A stretch of 63,716 nucleotides of DNA, filler included, from Octopus bimaculoides (lineage: Eukaryota), in assembly GCF_001194135.2 (NCBI RefSeq). It is 7 parts of 7 records of this genome, joined end to end, with 100 filler letters (N's around TTAATTAATTAA, not from the genome) between each part and the next. Parts side by side here need not be neighbours in the genome. Positions count along the whole stretch, not along the records: positions 12,061 to 37,356 come from NC_068982.1; 6 more parts are not named here. One strand, 5' to 3'. The position numbers and the translations under genes were made by a program. Shown piece by piece: positions 13,631 through 25,409 of this stretch. The first letter of the stretch is position 1, and each line of letters opens with the position of its first letter. The notes beneath the pieces were generated by a model. It made no database searches. It was not told the origin of the DNA and saw only the letters and a program-made list of their open reading frames with translations.

Positions 13631-16280
13631 TGATGATGATGGCCATCCACTCGTGACCGAGGAAGACCATTGCCGACCTTCAGGAACATTGTGCACTCTA
13701 GGCCTAACTTATATTCTGCATTTGCAGCTCCGTTGGTGGCTAATGAGCCCTGCTCTTGACAAGCATGCACGACTGCAAACATTGCAGACCAAGCTTTCCC
13801 CATTCGCTATACGAGCCGTGTGCTTTTGCACAGCTCACTTAAGTTCTTCATGCTGGATACGTGCTCTCTCAAAAGTGTCGATCCCCTCCTTAACCTACTT
13901 TCTCCATCCATGGCGATGACAGGCATTGTTCTCCCAGTCAGTGTCCTGCATATCGCAGGCCTTTAATGAAGACTTGACACAGTCCTTAAAGCACAGCCTT
14001 GGTTTCTGCCAGAGTCTCCTTCCATTCACAAGTTCTCCATATAACATCTGCTTAGGAATCCTGCTATCCTTCATTCTAATAAGGCGTCCAGTCCAACATA
14101 ACCGGTGCTTGTGCACCATCGCCTCAATACTCAAGATATCAGCTGTCCTCAGGACCTGTGTGTCTGGAATTTTTGAGGTCCAACCAACATTGAGAATGTG
14201 CTTGAGACCTCTCTGATGAAAGCGTTCAAGGACCCTTACCTGACGTTTGTACAGAGTCTATGTCTCACATGAGTAGAGGAGCGATGTCAGTACACATGCA
14301 TGGTACACAGCAACTGTTGTTTGCCTTGCGATGCCATGCTAGGACCAGACACAAGACTGAAGAGACCGAAAGGAATTAGTTGCTCTCTGCAACCTGAAAG
14401 ATATTTCCTCATCCAGGGAGCAACAACGGCTGAGTGTGCTGCCCAGATAGACAAACTTGTCTACTACCTTCAGAATTGTTCCTTCAACCAAGATAGCTGG
14501 TTTCACATATGGATTTCCTGGTGCAGGCTGGAACATTACAACTGTCTTGTCCAGGCTAATGCCAAGTCCAAATGCCTTGCAAGAAGCAGAAATGCAATTC
14601 ATGAGTATTTGCATGTCATCCACTGTATGAGTGACTAAGTCACAATCATCTGCATNNNNNNNNNNNNNNNNNNNNNNNNNNNNNNNNNNNNNNNNNNNNN
14701 NNNNNNNNNNNNNNNNNNNNNNNNNNNNNNNNNNNNNNNNNNNNNNNNNNNNNNNNNNNNNNNNNNNNNNNNNNNNNNNNNNNNNNNNNNNNNNNNNNNN
14801 NNNNNNNNNNNNNNNNNNNNNNNNNNNNNNNNNNNNNNNNNNNNNNNNNNNNNNNNNNNNNNNNNNNNNNNNNNNNNNNNNNNNNNNNNNNNNNNNNNNN
14901 NNNNNNNNNNNNNNNNNNNNNNNNNNNNNNNNNNNNNNNNNNNNNNNNNNNNNNNNNNNNNNNNNNNNNNNNNNNNNNNNNNNNNNNNNNNNNNNNNNNN
15001 NNNNNNNNNNNNNNNNNNNNNNNNNNNNNNNNNNNNNNNNNNNNNNNNNNNNNNNNNNNNNNNNNNNNNNNNNNNNNNNNNNNNNNNNNNNNNNNNNNNN
15101 NNNNNNNNNNNNNNNNNNNNNNNNNNNNNNNNNNNNNNNNNNNNNNNNNNNNNNNNNNNNNNNNNNNNNNNNNNNNNNNNNNNNNNNNNNNNNNNNNNNN
15201 NNNNNNNNNNATTGACTCATAGTTTAGGAGTTCAGAGAAGTGTTCGATCCAGCGACCTGTGATTTCTGTTGATTTAGTAAACAGGGTAGAAGACTCCTTG
15301 GAAAGCAAAGGAGCTGATGTGGAGCTCTTAGGTCCATAAGCTCACTTCATAAGATGGTAAAGTTTCTTGCTGTCATTTGCATCAGCAGCAGCCTGAACAT
15401 CACGAGCAAGATCCTCCCACCAAGTGTTCTGCATCTTCTTGAGAGATCGCTGCAGTAGTGATTTTACACTGTTATAGTGGGCAAGTGCTAAGACTTCGCT
15501 GCACAGTAGACAGTTCTCTGTGTAGCAATACACTGTAAGCATGGCGCTTTACCACCAATAGTCACTGAACTTCAGCATCATTCTCGTCAAACCAGTCTCT
15601 GTGTCTGGCAGTAACATATCCCAGGGTTTCGGCTGCACATTGTAGAACCTGGTGTCGAAAATCTTCCCATGCTGCAGCAGTTTCAATGCTGGACAAGCGA
15701 GTCTGAAGTTCTTTCCTAACCACAACATCATATACCTTGTGGACATTTAGACGGTGAGGAATGCTGACTGGTCCTCTTCTCTCTTTTACTCTAATTACCA
15801 TTCAGAACTTTGCTCGCACCAGACTGTGGTCTGTCCAGCATTTCGATCCATGGAAGGACTTGACATTACAAATGTCATAAATGTCGTGCTTGTGGATGAT
15901 GACATAATCCAGTAAGTGCCAAACTTTGGACCTTGGGTGCATCCATGTTGTTGTGTGATCACCTTTGTGCATAAAATGAGTGCTTGCAATGTAAAGTCCA
16001 TGTTCTTTGCAAAGCTCCAGTAGCATAAGACCATTGCTATTCATTTTCCCTACTCCAAAACGTCCTAGAGAGTTCCATGTTTGCCAGTCTGTTCCAACTC
16101 TCCGAATGGAGCTGCTCAGACACCCATGCAACAACCAAATCCTACTGCTGTCTTGGGTGACAAGGAGACGACTTTATATGTAGCATGGGCCGCCTACATG
16201 CAGGTTGCTGACTACATGCTTCCAACTCGTCAGGCAGGTCTGCATGCTTCACCACCATCCCATCACCGCAGGACTTCCGA
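13631..16280 (-). mobile_element. RTE-clade (BovB-like) LINE, family 1, degenerate and internally deleted, with an assembly gap
   Basis: Endonuclease motifs (GRFGVGKMNSNG, TTWMHPRSKVWHLLDY, TDHSLV), RT motifs (ADDCDL, KTVVMFQP, FVYLGSTLS), C-terminal RIPKQMLYGEL and an (ATC)n tail at 13631. The N-terminal part of the endonuclease is missing. Confidence 0.92.
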
Positions 16281-16398
16281 ACAAAAAATAAAATAAAATA
16301 AAATAAAAAATAAAATCTCAAAAAAATAAATAAATACAAATATATACTAAAAATGAAGAAAATATATACTAAAAATAAGATAAAATAACAGGACAATT

Positions 16399-17194
16399 AG
16401 TGTGTCATCTCCTAACTAGGTCCATCCCCTCACTAGAATCACTTCCATTTTAAATCCATTCAATATGCAATAGAACTGGCCATAAGTGAATTTGTGGCCA
16501 ATTCACAGAACAATTCAGTGCTTTTTTTTCTGAAGCAACTTTTATCATCCAAATCATTCAATTATATATATGAATGTCTTTTTCACAACTGCTTTGTGGA
16601 ACACACACACACACACACACTAACACACACACTAACACACACACATGTGACCTAGTGGTAATATATATATATTTTTTTAGTATATACATACATACATACA
16701 TACATACATTCATACAAACATATATACATACAAACATACATACATACATACATGCTTGCATGTATATGGAGTATGTATATGAGTAGCAGTGAAATGAAGT
16801 GTCTTAACAGAAATCATTTAACATCACCCAAGGATATAATGCATCATCTGCTCCAGGTATCAGTGTCTCAACTTTCTGACCAAGTCTAACACCTTAGCCA
16901 CTAGGTCACATGTATGTGTGTTAGTGTGTGTGGAGGGGTGGGGTGCGCGCACGCGCGTGTTAGTCTGCGTGTGTGTGTGTGTGTGTGTGTGTTCCATAAA
17001 GCAGTTGTGAAAAAGACATTCATATATATAATTGAATGATTTGGATGATAAAAGTTGTTGCAGAAAAAAAAGCACTGAATTGTTCAGTGAATTGGCCACA
17101 AATTCACTTATGGCCAGTTCTATTGCATATTGAATGGATTGAAAATGGAAGTGATTCTAGTGAGGGGATGGACCTGGTTAGGAGATGAAACACT
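16399..17194. repeat. Inverted duplication, arms 16399-16658 and 16898-17194
   Basis: About 7 mismatches over the ~200-bp non-microsatellite part of the arms. Confidence 0.95.
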
Positions 17195-18689
17195 GTTATT
17201 CATAAAATATTTGTTTTATTTTCAGCCTTTCAATTTCTTTTCCTTATATTTACATACAACACTATAAACTGAATTAAATGCTTGCACATGCACACATCCT
17301 GCCCTGTTCTACTTATGTAGAGTGCATATGTTTATTCAGTTTATTATATGTAATGTGTGCATCGTGTGTGTGTGTGTGCAATCTTCATATATCAGCTGAC
17401 ATTGACCAATGAGTTTTTAATTTTTTTTTTTTTTGAAGATCAAAACTTATAAAACAATGAAATATGAAAGAGGAGACAGAGAAATGAGTGTGAATTAATA
17501 ATTTAGACATTTCTAAGAAAGACTGAAATGTAGAAATGAATAATAAATAAATATGAAATAATTCTAAATCATTTGATAATTTTTAAAGGTTTGCCAGAAA
17601 ATCATAAATTGTAAAGCTTTAATGTGAAAGTAGATCAGTTTAAATGCCAGGACTCATCCACAAGAACTCAGTGGTCATGGGTTCTAATGACAAAGTTCTG
17701 GTTAACATTGAGTGTAATAAAACAATGAAGAAGTGGTTTAATGACAGAGTTCAACAATGGTCAAACCGACATAAGTCAATGTAGTTTGTGATGAAAAAGT
17801 GAACGGAGTTGAAATATGATCACAGCAGTTGCTGTAATGACAACTCAGTGAAGGTCCTCATAACACATAGAGGTGTTACTTGTTGTGACACCTGCTTAAT
17901 TGTTTAATGAAATAGCTCGATGATGACAGGCTTGAGATCTTACAATTGTTTATTGTTAAGTAACTCAGTGATGATAGATTTAATAACACAACACAGTGCT
18001 GCATGTAATGACCCAACTTCTCTCCATACAGTGCTGAGTGTATTGAAACAACACAGGGATGGTTGGGATGGCACAGTTTGGGTTACATTGTTTTGAAATA
18101 ACTGAGAGGCAATTGCAATAACACCATTCTGTGCTACTTGTTATGGTTCCTGTACTTGCTATGATGAAATACCTCAGAAATTCTCTCCATTCATGTTAAA
18201 TAACAGGCTATTTTCTGCAGTCCTCATCCTATGCATCACATGACCATACCAATGCAGACTTCTCTCTCATTCTTTTTATGCCAAGTTTTTCTTTCAAAAC
18301 ATTTGTGTTTATTCTTTATGTACTCTAACATTGCACATCCAACAAATCATGCTTCACTTCCTTTTAGTCTTTGCAAGTCCTCCGTATTCACACCCTGCTT
18401 CCCACTACAATTATACAATTTGCCACTTTGCCTTTCATTCTGAAAGAGAGCAACCTTTTGTTTTGAATAGAAATAATAGCTCCATGAACTTTCTTGATCC
18501 TTTTCTTAATCTAGCAACCACACTTTCAGAATGTTTTCCTCCACTGCTAATTAGGTCACAGAGGTAGCAAAAACAATCTAGAGTGTCCTGGATCCTTCAG
18601 GACACTCTAGAATATCTCTTTCCCATGTATTATTATTCATTGCTTCTGCACATACAAAATTTACTATATCACTTAACCTTCCTGTGATT

Positions 18690-19420
18690 CTATAGTTTAT
18701 AGTTTGCATTAGATATATCATATGCAATTTCTACCAACACCTTTCCTTCATATTAAGCAAGGCTATTTCCCTGATGGAAGTAGATTCCTGTCTGTGTTCT
18801 TGCTTACTAGAACTTTAGTCTTTGCTAAGTGCACTTTATGGTCCTTTGATTCCAGGTTTTGCTTCCACAACTGAAATTTCTTTTCTAATTCTACTACAGA
18901 TTTAACTATAAGAACGAAGACATCAGCATAAAGTGGGCAGTCAGTTTTTATCTCTTCTGTTATGGCCTGAAGGACCATGATGAAAAGTTGGAGACTGTGA
19001 ACCAAGCGCTGGTGAAGCCTACCTGCATGATAAATTCATCGCTGTACCCATTGTTAACTCTCACATTGCTGACTACACCCCTGTACATGGCTTGTAAGGC
19101 TTTCACAATCCATTCATCTACCCCTAGCTTTCTCAAGCACCACCTGATCAAAAAGCAAGAGAGCCTGTCAAAGGCTTTCTCAAAGTTGAAAATACTTAAT
19201 ACAGTGGTTTACTTTTGGATAAACACTTTTGTAACTGCTTTATTGGAAACAGCATCAGTGGTGCTTCTCCAGGTCACAAAACTAAGTTGCATCTCATCTT
19301 GTCTAATTTTGTTCCTAATCGGTTGGGTTTAACTCTTTTAGTGACTTTCATTACCTGGTTCAGCAGTTTGACACTTCAGTAATTACTTCTATCTAAGGCA
19401 TTTCCTTTACCTTTGTAACA
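18690..19420 (-). mobile_element. RTE family 2 fragment (copy C), heavily decayed RT
   Basis: WCLRKLGVDEWIVKALQAMY and LQAITEEIKTDCPLYADV..KTKVL are homologous to copies A and B; many stops. Confidence 0.88.
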
Positions 19421-21234
19421 TTTTTCTATGATACTGTTGTGCTAGTTATTGGGTATGACACTTACTTCATGATCTGATTGACTATACAGGTGTGTAAGCT
19501 TTATCCTACTCAGATATTTAAAGCTTCTTGAAGAGTAACACTGCAGTAGAGTAGGCACTAATTGGGTGGGGGGTCATGGTACAGAACAGGGTAAAGGGAA
19601 GGGATTAGGAATAGAGGTTATTGAGAAAAATGAGCGAGAGGGTAGGTTGTCTCAGGAGCCTAGAACTATCCTACATTATAAGGGTGAGTATAGGTGGGAG
19701 GTGGGGAGGAAAGGTAGCAATAGACTAGGGTGATGAGGAATCCTGAGAAAGCCATCAAAGGAAAGTGAGGCACGGTTATTAATGAAAGTTAACGAGAAGT
19801 GAAGGGTGAAAATAAGGAAGTAGAGAAGCTGTGGAGTGATGAGAGAAAATGAGGCAGAGTGTGAGGAAGCAGTGAGAGAAAGGGATGACAGAAGGCACCA
19901 TAGAGATAAGAGGAAGGGGAAGGGCAAAGTGTGAATGTCACAAAAGCATCCCAAATGAGGAAGCAGTGGAGAGAGAACGAAGTAGGGGAACAGTGAGTCA
20001 GTGGGTGCACTGAAGGAAAGAAAGATTGGAAGGCATCCTTGATGTGTAAGGGTAGTTAGTAAGATAAAAGAATGTGTTGAGTGGCAATAGAGATAAACTG
20101 GGAGAGAGTGTAAGAGCATAAGAAATGAGATGAAGGAAGGTACTATGAGTGATGAAGAGATTGCTTTCATGGAGGAGGGTGAATGTGAGGATTCTTAGTG
20201 AGAGAGAGAATGTAAGGTAAAGGGGAGGTATGGCGGATTTGGTAGGGAACAGATAGTCAGACAGACAGGTAGATAGATCGTAGCTTCTTGAACACTACCC
20301 TTGTGCTCAGGTGCACTTTACCATAGGCAGATGGTGTCTGTATTACTGCATATTGTCAGCCAGTATGCTTCTTTGACATCTCCCCTGTGAGATGTAACAT
20401 ATACAAATCAGCCTTTACCACTTCATCCCAAGCCTTCCTTAGTCTCCGTATTCCACAGTACACAGAAGCTATCCTCTATATACATCAATTTCCTCCTTTC
20501 ATGTGCACAGCCTCCTCTCTCATGCTCTACACCTGATTCTTCAGATTAGTTTCCCTTAGCTTACTTGTATCCAAGCTTCCTTGCACACCCAGTCAAGGGG
20601 AATCTTCATCTTGCAAGTTGCATGGCATTTTCACTAGTGCTGATGCGATGAAAAAGAGCACCCAGTACACTCTATGAAGTGGTTGGTATTAGCATGGACA
20701 TCAAGCCATAGAAACAATGCCAAACCAATACAGGAATATGACACAATCCTCTGACTATCAGATCCTGTCAGACCGTCCAACTCTTACCAGCATGGAAGAC
20801 AGACATTTAGGGATGTTGATGAGGATGATGATATGTGTGTGTGTGTTTGCATTTATATAGGTTTGGTAGTACAAGCAGAATAAACAAAACTCAAAACATT
20901 TTTAATTGGCAGAAGTTACAAAGTGACTTATAAGGCAAGACATTCAGGCATGCATGAAACTCTCAACCTTCGAGTTACTTTGTAACTTCTACTGCTTAAA
21001 AATTATATATACATATCTAAATACAGAAATGTATAATGGTGTCTGTCTGTGAGTGTGTTTGGAGTTACTCTAACTCCTCCCACACCATCCAACTGATTTT
21101 AATGATTTACGGCACATAGGTAGATTACATGCACTGAAGTTTAAATAAGGCCAAAATGTTTCGAAAACTCGATAATGCTCAGTTGGCATCGATTTTTGTG
21201 AGCTCAAACTGGCGTTTGAATGGAAATTCAATAT

Positions 21235-21273
<39 letters not shown>

Positions 21274-24120
21274 GTCGTCGTCGTCGTTTAACGTCCGCTT
21301 TCCATGTTAGCATGGGTTGGACGATTTGACTGAGGACTGGTGAAACTAGTTGGCTACACCAGGCTCCAATCCGATTTGGCAGAGTTTCTACAGCTGGATG
21401 CCCTTCCTAACGCCAACCACTCAGAGAGTGTAGTGGGTGCTTTTACGTGTCACCCGCACGAAGGCCAGTCAGGCGGTACTGGCAACGGCCACGCTCAAAA
21501 TGGTGTATTTTATGTGCCACCCGCACAAGAGCAAGTCCAGGGGCATTGGCAATGATCTCACTCGAAAATCCTTACNNNNNNNNNNNNNNNNNNNNNNNNN
21601 NNNNNNNNNNNNNNNNNNNNNNNNNNNNNNNNNNNNNNNNNNNNNNNNNNNNNNNNNNNNNNNNNNNNNNNNNNNNNNNNNNNNNNNNNNNNNNNNNNNN
21701 NNNNNNNNNNNNNNNNNNNNNNNNNNNNNNNNNNNNNNNNNNNNNNNNNNNNNNNNNNNNNNNNNNNNNNNNNNNNNNNNNNNNNNNNNNNNNNNNNNNN
21801 NNNNNNNNNNNNNNNNNNNNNNNNNNNNNNNNNNNNNNNNNNNNNNNNNNNNNNNNNNNNNNNNNNNNNNNNNNNNNNNNNNNNNNNNNNNNNNNNNNNN
21901 NNNNNNNNNNNNNNNNNNNNNNNNNNNNNNNNNNNNNNNNNNNNNNNNNNNNNNNNNNNNNNNNNNNNNNNNNNNNNNNNNNNNNNNNNNNNNNNNNNNN
22001 NNNNNNNNNNNNNNNNNNNNNNNNNNNNNNNNNNNNNNNNNNNNNNNNNNNNNNNNNNNNNNNNNNNNNNNNNNNNNNNNNNNNNNNNNNNNNNNNNNNN
22101 NNNNNNNNNNNNNNNNNNNNNNNNNNNNNNNNNNNNNNNNNNNNNNNNNNNNNNNNNNNNNNNNNNNNNNNNNNNNNNNNNNNNNNNNNNNNNNNNNNNN
22201 NNNNNNNNNNNNNNNNNNNNNNNNNNNNNNNNNNNNNNNNNNNNNNNNNNNNNNNNNNNNNNNNNNNNNNNNNNNNNNNNNNNNNNNNNNNTTAGAGTTT
22301 GGCACTTTTTCACGCAGCTATCCTCGTCCATTCTCGCCACATGTCCATACCAGCGCAATCGTCTCTCTTGCACACCACAACTGATGCGTCTTATGTTCAA
22401 CTTTTCTCTCAAGATACTTACACTTTGTCGGGTATGCACACTGATATTACTCATCCATCGGAGCATACTGGCTTCATTCCTTGCGAGCTTATGCATGTCC
22501 TCAGCCGTCACAGCCCATGTTTCACTGCCATGTAGCATGGCTGTTCGTACACATGCATCATACAGTCTGCCTTTTACTCTGAGTGAGAGTCCCTTTGTCG
22601 CCAGCAGAGGTAAGATCTTTCTAAATCTTGCTCAGGCTATTCTTATTCTAGCAGCTACACTTTCAGTGCACCCACCAAGATAGCGGAAGCTATCAACTAC
22701 CTCTAGTTTTTCTCCCTGGAATGAGACAGAAGTTGTTTCCTGTTTGTTTACAGTATTTATTGCACCTGAACATCTGCCACACACAAAAACTAAATTCCTA
22801 GTTAACCTGCCTTTGATATTGCTACACCTCTTATGTGTCCATAGCTTGAACTGGGTACATCTTATAGAGTTACTACCTACTCCTTTTCTACATATTGAGC
22901 AGGGCTATCTACCTGAAAGGGTTTGTGTTTTATCTACCTTCCTACTTATTAGGACTTTGGCTTTAGCTAGATTGACTCTAAGGCCCTTCGATTCTAGTCC
23001 CTGCTTCCACACCTGAAACTTCTCCTCTAGTTCTGATAGTGACTCAGCAATTAGTGCAAGGTCATCAGCATAGAGGAGCTCCCAGGGTCATCTTGTCTTG
23101 AATTCCTCTATTATTGCCTGGATGACTATGATGAATAATAGGGGGCTGAGGACAGAACCCTGGTGGACCCCTACCTCTACCCGGAATTCATTACTGTACT
23201 CATTTTCAACCCTCACCTTACTGACAGAATCTCTGTACATGGCTCGCACTAACCATTCTTCTATCCCAAGTTTCCTCATTGACCACCAGATAAGGGATTG
23301 GGGGACCCTGTCAAAGGCTTTCTCCATGTCAACGAAAGCCAGGTACAAAGGTTTATCTTTGGCTAGGTATTTCTCCTGCAGCTGTCTTACCAGAAAAATG
23401 GCATCAGTGGTGCTTTTACCTGGCACAAATCCAAACTGCATCTCATCTAAATTGATTCGCTCCCTAATTAGTTGGGCTATGACCCTCTCCGTAACTTTCA
23501 TAACCTGATCTAACAGCTTGATGCCTCTGTAATNNNNNNNNNNNNNNNNNNNNNNNNNNNNNNNNNNNNNNNNNNNNNNNNNNNNNNNNNNNNNNNNNNN
23601 NNNNNNNNNNNNNNNNNNNNNNNNNNNNNNNNNNNNNNNNNNNNNNNNNNNNNNNNNNNNNNNNNNNNNNNNNNNNNNNNNNNNNNNNNNNNNNNNNNNN
23701 NNNNNNNNNNNNNNNNNNNNNNNNNNNNNNNNNNNNNNNNNNNNNNNNNNNNNNNNNNNNNNNNNNNNNGTTGGGTCGACATACGGCAGACTCTCTTTCT
23801 CCCATTTATTCTCTTTATTGAGCAATCTACCGTAGTGGCATCTCCAGACCTCTTTCTTTGCAGCCTCATTTTGTGCAAGCGTACCATCATCCATGCGAAC
23901 ACATTTCTCTCCTACGACATCACTATTCTCTCTCCTACACTGTCTTGCAACACGAAATACCTCAAGTCTTTGGTCCTCACGGCGCAGAACATTGGCAAAT
24001 CTTTTCTTATCTGCTTCCCCTCTGGCTAAATAAACTTGTCGTCTAGCTTCCCTTCTGGCAGATTGGTACAATTCCCTGCTACCACGATTCTTCCAGTCCT
24101 TCCAAGCCTGTTTCTTTTGT
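21235..24120 (-). mobile_element. RTE-clade LINE, family 2 (copy A), 5'-truncated, PHD-finger-containing ORF2
   Basis: QFGFVPGKSTTDAIF, FVDMEKAFDRVP, GVHQGSVLSPLLF, ELLYADDL, SFRYLG, MLHGSETW, RLRWYGHV, plus a (GAT)n tail at 21235. A few in-frame stops. Confidence 0.95.
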
Positions 24121-24130
24121 CGACAACAAA

Positions 24131-24720
24131 TCGATAATTGCGCCTGAGCAGTGGTTTTATAAAATCAATAGGCTTTTTGCGTGCAAATACCCATACGGAT
24201 TATATTTTTGGCCATAACTTTTATATTTTTCTCTGATTTTAATGAAATTTGAGATGTAGGTAAATGTTGTGGTGGGGGAGACGGTAATAGCGTTTATTTA
24301 ATTCAAAAGGGCTTGAGAAGGGCACAAATACAAATAAGCATTTCCTTAGAGACATTCTTATTGATTTTGTAGAAATTTTACACATGATTACAGTTCATGT
24401 ACATTAGTTGATGCCAGCATGAAAAGTTGACAGAGAAATCGATAATTGCACGTGAGTGGGGAATTTTAAGAAATCAATTGACTTTTTGTATGCAATTACC
24501 CATAGGATTAATATTTTATGTTGTAACTTTTACAGAATTCATCTGATTTTGATGAAATTTGACATTTAGGTAAGGTTTATGGTTGGAGTCATGTAGTAGA
24601 ATTAAAATTAAGCTGGTGGAAAATGTCAAAATTCACTCAATAAAATAATGAACTGATTTTGAAGAAAATTGACCTATGAGTAAAATTAAGCACTTCGGCA
24701 TATGAAACATCAATTATTCA
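24131..24720. repeat. Diverged ~308-bp tandem repeat, possibly a non-autonomous Helentron/HINE-like element
   Basis: TCGATAATTGC...CTGATTTT(A/G)ATGAAATTTGA occurs twice (about 24131 and 24439). A related motif lies at about 21092, on the other side of RTE copy A. Confidence 0.45.
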
Positions 24721-25409
24721 TATAATGTATTGGGATTTAAAAGTCACTGGGATATTTTCATATAAATGGTCACATGGATTCTATTTTATGACATACCCTT
24801 AACACTTTTCTTTGGATTAATAGGTAATAGTTGGTACAGGGAACCTAGATTTCAATACAAGGTCAGAGGTGGGCTTAACTTTAACACAGACAACACGAGC
24901 AATGCCAAGTCCAACAGCTAGTATATATATACATATANNNNNNNNNNNNNNNNNNNNNNNNNNNNNNNNNNNNNNNNNNNNNNNNNNNNNNNNNNNNNNN
25001 NNNNNNNNNNNNNNNNNNNNNNNNNNNNNNNNNNNNNNNNNNNNNNNNNNNNNNNNNNNNNNNNNNNNNNNNNNNNNNNNNNNNNNNNNNNNNNNNNNNN
25101 NNNNNNNNNNNNNNNNNNNNNNNNNNNNNNNNNNNNNNNNNNNNNNNNNNNNNNNNNNNNNNNNNNNNNNNNNNNNNNNNNNNNNNNNNNNNNNNNNNNN
25201 NNNNNNNNNNNNNNNNNNNNNNNNNNNNNNNNNNNNNNNNNNNNNNNNNNNNNNNNNNNNNNNNNNNNNNNNNNNNNNNNNNNNNNNNNNNNNNNNNNNN
25301 NNNNNNNNNNNNNNNNNNNNNNNNNNNNNNNNNNNNNNNNNNNNNNNNNNNNNNNNNNNNNNNNNNNNNNNNNNNNNNNNNNNNNNNNNNNNNNNNNNNN
25401 NNNNNNNNN

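Noticed and set aside
17960-18040. Possible C/D box snoRNA (GTGATGA...CTGA, ~70 nt)
   Set aside because: The terminal stem is only 3 of 4 pairs, there is no clear D' box, and I recognise no rRNA-complementary guide.
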